A stretch of 64,000 nt of DNA from NCBI GenBank assembly GCA_963749415.1, contig CAVVMG010000001.1, positions 300,367 to 364,366 of the forward strand. The letters are read 5' to 3'. Made by a program: the position numbers and the translations under genes. Below, piece after piece: positions 48,435 to 56,116 of this stretch; positions within the stretch are counted from its first letter, which is position 1, and the number at the start of each line of letters is the position of its first letter. The stretch is from an uncultured Acidobacteriota bacterium (lineage in GTDB: Bacteria > Actinomycetota > Acidimicrobiia > Spongiisociales > ZC4RG35). The notes under the pieces were generated by a model. That model was not told where the DNA came from. It saw only the letters and a list, made by a program, of their open reading frames with translations, and did not search any database.

Positions 48435-49770
48435 TCACGGGCCCACGTCAAATATCTCCCAGGTACCGGGCACCCCTTTCAGGTCATGTCGTCCCCGCGG
48501 TGTCAGGGCGAAGCGCGATCCAATCACCATGTCGCGGACGGTCTGGGAAACAACGACCTCACCAGGGTTCGCAAGCGCCGCCACGCGGGCTCCGATGTGC
48601 ACCGCCATTCCGCTGACATCTTCGGCCTCGAAGACAACCTCGCCAATATGGAGACCGACGCGGATCTCCAGACCGGCGCTCCGGCTCGCCAGGGACATCG
48701 CCAATGCGCACTCGATGGCGGGTGTCGGGCTGTCGAAGACGATGAGGAAACCGTCCCCGGCGGTGTTCATCTCCTTGCCCCCGTATCGAGTCAGCAGCCG
48801 GCGGGCCTCGGCGCGATGACTCTTCAGCAGAGCGCTCCACACCCGATCGCCGACTCCGGCGGCGCGCTCGGTCGACCCGACCACGTCGCTGAAGAGGACG
48901 GTGGCTACCCGCCGGTCGACCGCACCGCCCACCCTCGTGCCAACGAGGAACTCCTCGATCTCGTCCATGAGACCGTCCACGTCGCCGAGGTAGCCCGGCG
49001 TCTCGTCGCCCGGCACTTCGACGTACTGGCCGTTCTGCAGATGCTCCGCCAGCCAGCGCATGCCCTCGGCCGGGATGAAGGGAAGCATCCTTCCTGTGTA
49101 TTAGGAGGGCGGGTGCCGTCACCGATGACAGCAGCGGGCGCAAGTCGATTTCCATCATTCGTCGCATCAGACTGGCCGCCATGCTGGGAGTGGCCGACAT
49201 CCGCTCCAGCTTGCGAAACCAGCTGACGATCCGCTCGTCTTCCGTCACCGAAGGGGCGATGAGTGGAAGGAGGATGGCTTGGCCCCACATCCCCTGTTCG
49301 ATCACTCCGGCCACAGTCTCGAACGCCTCGGGGTCGGGGCCCCAGGGATGGTCCTCATCGGGGGTCGAGGTGGCCAGCACCTCGCCCAACACAAGGGCGG
49401 ACACCCGCTGTGGGTGCAGGGCCGCCACGGTCATCGCGATCGCCGCGGCATCGGTCCAGCCCACGAGAGCAGCTCTATCCATGCCCACGGCGTCCATGAC
49501 CGACAAGACGTCGGGCACCATCTCGTCGGTGCTGGCCTCGATCGAGGGCCGGTCGGAGAGACCGGTGCCCCTCTTGTCGAACAGTGCGACCCGCCCCATC
49601 GCTGCGTAGCGTTCCAGAAATCGCCGGCATTCGGGCAGCTCCCACAGGACCTCGAGGTGGGAAACCCATCCGATCATCAACAGGATGTCGAGCGGCCCTC
49701 CTCCAAAGACTTGATAGGCGAGATCGACCCTCCCTGAGCGGGTGAACTTGACCTCGGGAACGGGCAACAC
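48435..49770 (-). pseudogene. LipJ-like fusion of alpha/beta-hydrolase and class III adenylate/guanylate cyclase domains, frameshifted near 49085
   Basis: The N-terminal hydrolase (..LAYQVFGGGPLDILLMIGWVSHLE..) and the C-terminal cyclase homology domain (..ATVLFSDVVGSTERAA...MNTAGDGFLIVF..) are in different frames. The architecture resembles mycobacterial LipJ. Confidence 0.6.
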
Positions 49771-49966
49771 GGGTGGTCGATTCTATAGGCCTGGCACGAA
49801 GCCCCCAGATAGAGTCGACTGCGTTCGCCGTCACCGCCGTGTACCGGGTCATACCTTCTACCTGCCAGCTCTGGAGGTGTTCTTCGGGGCCCGTTGCCTG
49901 GAGCGGAACGAGTACATCTAGACGGGAGATCGAGAAAGTGTCTCATTCGCACAGCATGATCTGCAC

Positions 49967-51256
49967 ATGACCGCCCTGGCAATCCTCGCCGCGGTGTTCA
50001 TCTGCTACTCCCTCGTCGCGGCTCGTCTCGACAAGTGGTCGATCACTGCTCCTATGGTCTTCGTCCTCATCGGAGCCGTTCTCGGGCTGGCCGCTCCCGA
50101 CTGGCTCGGACCGCTGGGCGACCCCGAAACGGTCAAGCACATTGCCGAGCTGACCCTGGCACTGCTGCTCTTCGCGGACGCCTCCACGCTCCGATGGCGT
50201 GAATTGCGCGAGGACGGTGGTCTCCCCATCCGCCTGCTCCTGATCGGGTTCCCGCTCACTGTGCTCGCCGGCTTCGGAGCAGGAATGTGGCTGTTTCCGG
50301 CCGCCGGATGGGCCGCGGCAGCCCTCGCCGCCAGCATCCTCGCCCCCACAGACGCCGCACTCGGACTGGGCGTTTTCACCAACCGGTCGGTGCCCGGGCG
50401 CATCCGCCGCGCCCTCAATGTCGAGAGTGGGCTGAACGACGGGATGGCCACGCCTTTGGTGACCCTCTTTCTCGCCGTTCTCGTCGCTCAGGAGGGAACC
50501 GGCCCCGAAGACTGGGTGACCGAGTCCCTGCGGGAACTCGGGATTGGCTTCCTAGTGGCCCTTGTCGTGGGTTGGGTCTCGGGACGACTCATCCACGCCG
50601 CCCATGATCGCGGTTGGACATCCCCGCTCTCTGAGCGCCTAGCCGTCCTGGCTACGGCGCTGCTCTCCTACGGCGGAGCGGTGGCGGCCGGTGGGAACGG
50701 CTTCGTCGCCGCCTTCGTCGCCGGCATTGTTTTTGCGGTCGCCTCGAGAGGAAAGCTCCACGAGCCAGTCGAATTCACCGAGGACCTCGGTCTGTTCGCC
50801 TCGTTTCTGGTCTGGGCCATATTCGGGGCCCTGCTCCTCGCCCCACAACTGAGCGGCGAGATATCAGCCACCGCGATTATCTACGCGGTGTTGAGCCTCA
50901 CCCTGGTGCGGATCGTGCCCGTCGCCCTCGCAATGATCGGAACGGGCTTAAGACCGGCCAGCCTCTTTTTCATGGGGTGGTTCGGTCCCCGCGGATTGGC
51001 TTCCGTCGTGTTCACATTGATCGCGTTCGAATCACTCCACGAGGGCGGGATCGCCCCAGACACTCTGATCGATATCGCCACATGGACGGTCTTCCTCTCG
51101 GTCATCGCCCACGGGGTCACTGCCTCGCCACTGGCCATCAGGTACGGGAAAAGTGTCGCCGACGAGCCCATCGAGCAACTCGAGGCCGGAGCGCATCTCG
51201 GCGACCCCGTTCCCAGAGCGCTCAGCGAGACTTTGTCGCCGACGACGATTCGTTGA
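49967..51256 (+). CDS. CPA1-family Na+/H+ antiporter (NhaP-type)
   Basis: 429 aa and 11-12 TM segments. ..ESGLNDGMATPL.. matches the Na_H_Exchanger motif. Confidence 0.8.
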   Translation: MTALAILAAVFICYSLVAARLDKWSITAPMVFVLIGAVLGLAAPDWLGPLGDPETVKHIAELTLALLLFADASTLRWRELREDGGLPIRLLLIGFPLTVLAGFGAGMWLFPAAGWAAAALAASILAPTDAALGLGVFTNRSVPGRIRRALNVESGLNDGMATPLVTLFLAVLVAQEGTGPEDWVTESLRELGIGFLVALVVGWVSGRLIHAAHDRGWTSPLSERLAVLATALLSYGGAVAAGGNGFVAAFVAGIVFAVASRGKLHEPVEFTEDLGLFASFLVWAIFGALLLAPQLSGEISATAIIYAVLSLTLVRIVPVALAMIGTGLRPASLFFMGWFGPRGLASVVFTLIAFESLHEGGIAPDTLIDIATWTVFLSVIAHGVTASPLAIRYGKSVADEPIEQLEAGAHLGDPVPRALSETLSPTTIR

Positions 51257-51335
51257 TTCGGGTAGGGTCGAAAGGCCAGCCATGGCCGCCAAATCACCCC
51301 GATCCAGGCGATACGCGGGGTGCTGATCCATCCGT

Positions 51336-53753
51336 TTGGATGGAGGCTCGCTGTCACGGCATGTCCCTGAGGAGATGAGAATGCCCAACCAACCCGACCG
51401 TCATCTACGCGGCTCGTTGCCGATCCCCGATCGACCGGCCCACGGCCTGACCACATACGACGCGAAGGACCCGGACACCAGTTACGCGTCGATTCAACCG
51501 CTGCTCCCACCCGAGGGGGCGCCGAATGTTCTGGTGATCCTCCTCGATGACGTCGGTTTCGGCTCGTCCAGCGCATTTGGGGGCCCGATCAACACCCCTA
51601 CCGCAGAGCGGCTCGCCGCAGGCGGCGCCCGATACACCCGCTTTCACACCACGGCCCTGTGCGCCCCTACCCGGCAAGCGCTGCTGACCGGACGGAACCA
51701 TCATTCCGTGGGGATGGGAGCGATCACCGAGCTCGCCACCTCCGCCCCGGGCAACAATTCGCTGCGCCCAAACACCAAAGCCCCGGTGGCAACCAGCCTC
51801 AAGTTGAACGGCTACTCGACAGCGCAGTTCGGCAAGTGCCACGAGGTGCCTGTCTGGCAGAGCTCACCAATGGGCCCCTTCGACGCCTGGCCATCGGGAG
51901 GTGGAGGCTTCGAGTACTTCTATGGATTCATCGGCGGTGAAAACAACCAGTACGACCCCGCGCTCTACGAGGGGACCACGCCCATCGAGCCGCCCAAGAC
52001 CGCCGAGGAGGGGTATCACCTCACCGAAGACCTCACGAACAAGGCCATCGGCTGGGTCCGTCAGCAGAAGGCCCTCATGCCGGACAAGCCGTTCTTCGTC
52101 TACTTCGCGCCGGGGGCCACGCACGCTCCGCACCACGTCCGACCGGAGTGGTCGGACAAGTACGCCGGCAAGTTCTCCGACGGCTGGGATCGCCTGCGCG
52201 AGACCATCTTCGAACAGCAGAAGGAGCTAGGTGTCATCTCGGCCGATGCTGTGTTGACCCCCCGCCATGCGGAGATAGCCGGATGGGACGAGATGGATGA
52301 GGAGCTGAAGCCCGTCCTCGAGAGGCAGATGGAGGTCTATGCGGGTTTCCTCGAGCACACCGATGTCGAGGTGGGACGGCTCATCGACGCGATCGAGGAA
52401 CTGGGAATCCTCGAGGACACCCTGATCTATTACATCATCGGCGACAACGGTGCCTCTGCCGAGGGGACCATCAATGGCGCCTTCAACGAGATGGCGAACT
52501 TCAACGGGATGGCCGCCGTGGAGACCAAGGAGTTCCTGCTTTCGAAGATGGACGAGCTGGGGACTGAGACCTCCTACAACCACTATTCGATCGGGTGGGC
52601 ATGGGCACTGAACACGCCCTACCAGTGGACCAAGCAAGTGGCGTCGCACTGGGGTGGCACCCGCAACGGGACCATCGTGCATTGGCCCAAGGTCATCACC
52701 GACGGCGGCAGCATGCGTCACCAGTTCAGTCATGTGATAGACGTGGCGCCCACGATCCTGGAAGCCGCCGGGATCCCCGAACCGGCGTTCGTCAACGGTG
52801 TCATGCAGTCACCAATGGAAGGAACCAGCATGCTCTACAGCTTCGCCGAAGGCGAGGCTCCGGAGCAGCACGACCTGCAGTACTTCGAGATGTTCGGCAA
52901 CCGGGGCATTTATCACAAAGGCTGGAGCGCGGTGACCAAGCACAAGACTCCCTGGGTGCTGGTCGGTGGAAATCTGCCCGCTTTCGACGACGATGTTTGG
53001 GAGTTGTACGACGGGAGCAGTGACTGGTCTCAGGCGAAGGACCTCTCCGCGGAGATGCCTGACAAGCTCCACGAGTTACAGCGTCGCTGGCTGATCGAGG
53101 CCACTAAGTACAACGCCATCCCGCTGGATGATCGCTCCGGTGACCGTCTCAACTCTGACGTGGCAGGACGCCCGACATTGATTCGCGGTAACTCCCAGTT
53201 GCTGTTCGAAAACATGGGGCGGCTCTCCGAGTCGAGCGTGCTCAACATCAAGAACAAATCCTTCTCGATCACAGCCGAAGTCACGATCCCCGACGAGGGG
53301 GCCGAAGGCGTGATCATCGCCCAGGGGGGTCGTTTCGGAGGTTGGAGTGTCTATACCCGTGAGGGGGTTCTCAAGTTCACCTACAACGTCCTCGGGTTGC
53401 AGGTATTCACCGTGTCAGCCACCGAGCCTGTGCCGACCGGAAAGCACCAGGTGCGCATGGAGTTCGCCTACGACGGGGGTGGGCTGGCCAAAGGTGGCAC
53501 GGCGACGGTGTACCACGATGGGAAAGCCGTCGGGGAAGGCCGGGTCGACCTCACACAACCGATGGTCTTCTCTGCAGACGAGACCACCGACATCGGAAGA
53601 GAGACGGGGACGACCGTGTCCTCGGATTACACCCCCGCCTCGAGTCGCTTCAACGGGCGGATCGAGTGGGTGCAGATCGACATCGGCGCCGATGACAACG
53701 ACCACTACATAGACGACGAGGAGCGCCTCCGTATCGCAATGGCACGTCAGTGA
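51336..53753 (+). CDS. Arylsulfatase (Cys-type, S1 family) with large C-terminal domain
   Basis: ..PNVLVILLDDVGFG...TTALCAPTRQALLTGRNHHSVG is the C-x-P-x-R formylglycine site plus the metal-binding Asp residues. 805 aa. Confidence 0.85.
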   Translation: MDGGSLSRHVPEEMRMPNQPDRHLRGSLPIPDRPAHGLTTYDAKDPDTSYASIQPLLPPEGAPNVLVILLDDVGFGSSSAFGGPINTPTAERLAAGGARYTRFHTTALCAPTRQALLTGRNHHSVGMGAITELATSAPGNNSLRPNTKAPVATSLKLNGYSTAQFGKCHEVPVWQSSPMGPFDAWPSGGGGFEYFYGFIGGENNQYDPALYEGTTPIEPPKTAEEGYHLTEDLTNKAIGWVRQQKALMPDKPFFVYFAPGATHAPHHVRPEWSDKYAGKFSDGWDRLRETIFEQQKELGVISADAVLTPRHAEIAGWDEMDEELKPVLERQMEVYAGFLEHTDVEVGRLIDAIEELGILEDTLIYYIIGDNGASAEGTINGAFNEMANFNGMAAVETKEFLLSKMDELGTETSYNHYSIGWAWALNTPYQWTKQVASHWGGTRNGTIVHWPKVITDGGSMRHQFSHVIDVAPTILEAAGIPEPAFVNGVMQSPMEGTSMLYSFAEGEAPEQHDLQYFEMFGNRGIYHKGWSAVTKHKTPWVLVGGNLPAFDDDVWELYDGSSDWSQAKDLSAEMPDKLHELQRRWLIEATKYNAIPLDDRSGDRLNSDVAGRPTLIRGNSQLLFENMGRLSESSVLNIKNKSFSITAEVTIPDEGAEGVIIAQGGRFGGWSVYTREGVLKFTYNVLGLQVFTVSATEPVPTGKHQVRMEFAYDGGGLAKGGTATVYHDGKAVGEGRVDLTQPMVFSADETTDIGRETGTTVSSDYTPASSRFNGRIEWVQIDIGADDNDHYIDDEERLRIAMARQ

Positions 53754-53870
53754 GCTCCGCGTGGCGGGGAAGGCAGCGTCGACCGGTAGACGACCGGCGA
53801 CTGGTCCGCGACCGCCAGCTTCGGCCGATTCCGTGACACTGCGGGATCCAACTGCTTAGGCGAGGCATGC

Positions 53871-54575
53871 ATGACAACAGCCGGTCGTGATAGCGAGACG
53901 AACAACGGCGGACGCTCGCCGAGACGGTCGGCGCGTCTCACTGCCTGGCTCGGGATCGCCCAGGCAGTCCTGCTCTTGGCCTCGACCTGGCTTCTCTCGT
54001 TGATCCCGGGGCCAACGACGTCAGATGAGGAGTTCCTCGAGTTCTACGCGTCGGACAGCCGCCGAGTCGTGGTCCTCCTCGGCATCTACCTGATGCCTTT
54101 CGCAGCGATCGCCTTCCTGTGGTTCGCGGTAGCCCTACGGGTCTGGGTAGCTCAGACCTCGACACGACCACAGGATGCGCTGTTGTCGAACGTGCAATTG
54201 GTGAGTGCGATCCTTTTCGTCGCCCTTTTTCTGTCGAGCGCGGCCGCTTCTACGGTGGTCGCGGTGACCGTCGAACTCGCCGAGACGACGGTCGATCCGA
54301 CTACCGCTCGCCAATTCCCTCAATTTGGCACGGCGCTTCTCCTCGTCTTCGCGATGCGTATGGCGGCCATGTTCATCTTCACCACATCCGGCCTGGCCAG
54401 AGTCCATGCCGGCCTGCCTCGCTGGTTCACCTGGAGTGGATATCTGGTCGGGTTGTTCCTGCTGCTGAGTGCCTCCTTGAACCCGACCCTGGTCCTGGTG
54501 TTCCCTGTCTGGGTCCTTGCTCTCAGCGTGATTCTGTTGCTGAAATCGCAACGGCTCCCGAAAGTTCAGGTGTGA
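53871..54575 (+). CDS. Uncharacterised polytopic membrane protein (paralogue of 27488..28108)
   Basis: Roughly 75% identity with the 27488 protein. It shares near-identical nucleotide stretches (for example GTCGAACGTGCAATTGGTGAGTGCGATCCT at 27688 and 54187). Confidence 0.6.
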   Translation: MTTAGRDSETNNGGRSPRRSARLTAWLGIAQAVLLLASTWLLSLIPGPTTSDEEFLEFYASDSRRVVVLLGIYLMPFAAIAFLWFAVALRVWVAQTSTRPQDALLSNVQLVSAILFVALFLSSAAASTVVAVTVELAETTVDPTTARQFPQFGTALLLVFAMRMAAMFIFTTSGLARVHAGLPRWFTWSGYLVGLFLLLSASLNPTLVLVFPVWVLALSVILLLKSQRLPKVQV

Positions 54576-54582
54576 CCAGCTA

Positions 54583-55269
54583 ATGGCCAACCCTGAACAG
54601 GTCGAACAGCGAGACGAGGAGCTGAAGAGCACCGGATACGAGATCTTCATCGGGTTCCTCTCCATACTGTCCATCCTCAACGTCGCACTGATCTACCTTG
54701 CCGACGATCCGAACTTGGACACGGTCATCTATGCGTTGAATGGACTGTTCAGCGTCATCTTCCTGGCTGACTTCACCTACCGGTTGTTCACTGCGGATTC
54801 GAAGTCCCGCTACTTCCTGCGAGAGTTCGGGTGGGCGGATCTCTTCGCCAGCCTGCCGTTCCCACAGGCGAAGGTGCTACGCATCTTCCGCCTGATACGA
54901 GTCAGTCGCCTCCTCCGCGGCTATGGCATCAAAGGCATAGTCCGCAGCCTGGTCAAGGATCGGGCCGGGAGCGCGCTCTTCACGTTGTTGCTGATGGGGA
55001 TCCTCGTGCTCGAATTCGGCAGCCTCTGGATTCTCCATTTAGAGCAATACGCCTCTGACGCAAACATCACATCGGCATCCGATGCCCTTTGGTATGTCAT
55101 CGTCACCATCTCCACAGTCGGCTACGGCGACCAGTTCCCGGTGACTAACAACGGACGCATTGTTGGAAGCTTGATCATTGTCATCGGAGTCGGGATCTTT
55201 GGCACCTTTACCGGCTACCTGGCGAATCTGTTCCTCACACCGGCGAAGGAACGCACGGGTCAAACCTGA
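54583..55269 (+). CDS. Ion-transport protein: minimal voltage-sensor-like K+ channel (S4-like RIFRLIRVSRLLR plus pore TVGYGD)
   Basis: Selectivity filter TVGYGD with pore helix and inner helix, preceded by an arginine-repeat S4-like helix. Confidence 0.75.
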   Translation: MANPEQVEQRDEELKSTGYEIFIGFLSILSILNVALIYLADDPNLDTVIYALNGLFSVIFLADFTYRLFTADSKSRYFLREFGWADLFASLPFPQAKVLRIFRLIRVSRLLRGYGIKGIVRSLVKDRAGSALFTLLLMGILVLEFGSLWILHLEQYASDANITSASDALWYVIVTISTVGYGDQFPVTNNGRIVGSLIIVIGVGIFGTFTGYLANLFLTPAKERTGQT

Positions 55270-55380
55270 AGAAGGATCCCGGTCCAAGTCCTTTGGCGCT
55301 CTCGCACCGGATTTGAGTCTGGCCGGTCCCCGCAGCTGGGGATCACACCCTGTATTGCTCAAACGGAATTCGGACACCGC

Positions 55381-55428
55381 AGGTTTCCTAGACCTGGTGT
55401 CGGAGGTTCGAGTCCTCCGGGGGGCGCC
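55381..55428 (+). repeat. Third direct copy of the tRNA-Arg(CCT) 3' half (46/48 identical): second att-like island boundary
   Basis: AGGTTTCCTAGACCTGGTGTCGGAGGTTCGAGTCCTCCGGGGGGCGCC has two mismatches against 42646-42693 and no 5' tRNA half. Confidence 0.65.
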
Positions 55429-55525
55429 CACCCGCACCACCTATGTGCCAGCCCGATCGGGGTAGGTTCCGGGACTCGGAATCGTGCCGTGAAATCCGCG
55501 TCACACGTCGACAAGGAGGAATCCC

Positions 55526-56044
55526 ATGATTGGACCAATCCAGGCTTTCGTGATCGGCTTTCCCGACAATGACATGTTTGAGGGTCGGATCGCCGAGGAG
55601 CTGGCCCGTCTCAGTGACGTGGGCCAGATCCGGGTCATTGATGCAGTAGTCGTGACCCGCGAGGGCGACGACGTTGCGGTCCTCTCGGTGTCGGAGCTCG
55701 ATGACGAGGAGCGCGCCGAGCTGCGGACCGCGGTAGGCGCCCTGATCGGGCTCGGGGCAGCGGGCATGGATGGCGCCGAGGCAGGCGGGGCGGCTGGTGC
55801 CTCTATCGACGTCGAGGCTATGACCGCTGCGGAGATAATTGCTGCCGGCCTGATCGAGGACCTTCCTGATGGCAGCTCCGCACTCGTCCTCGCCATCGAG
55901 CATCTATGGGCCGTGCCGTTGCGCGATGCAGTCCGCGACGCCGGCGGGCTCGTGATCTCCCACCGCTCGATCACTCCCGAGGACCTGGTGGCCCTGGGAA
56001 TGGCAATTGGCTACGAGGCAGAGCTCGAGGCCGAAGAGGTTTAG
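55526..56044 (+). CDS. Hypothetical Gly/Ala-rich protein with an internally repeated half (DUF1269-like?)
   Basis: MIGPIQAFVIGFPDND...IRVIDAVVVTREGDDVAVLS... and ...GLVISHRSITPEDLVALGMAIG appear to be two related halves. Family assignment is uncertain. Confidence 0.4.
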   Translation: MIGPIQAFVIGFPDNDMFEGRIAEELARLSDVGQIRVIDAVVVTREGDDVAVLSVSELDDEERAELRTAVGALIGLGAAGMDGAEAGGAAGASIDVEAMTAAEIIAAGLIEDLPDGSSALVLAIEHLWAVPLRDAVRDAGGLVISHRSITPEDLVALGMAIGYEAELEAEEV

Positions 56045-56116
56045 CCGCGGCAAGCCCGCTGGAGGGTTTCTTTGGGATCCGCTGGCTGGGGAAGCACGGC
56101 TACGTCTGAGCGGTGA

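Noticed and set aside
42695-55380. Calling the tRNA-flanked segments an intact integrative element, ICE or prophage
   Set aside because: There is no integrase, excisionase, relaxase or phage structural gene anywhere between the repeats. Only the att-like repeats and cargo genes are present, so I report the segments as islands or remnants.
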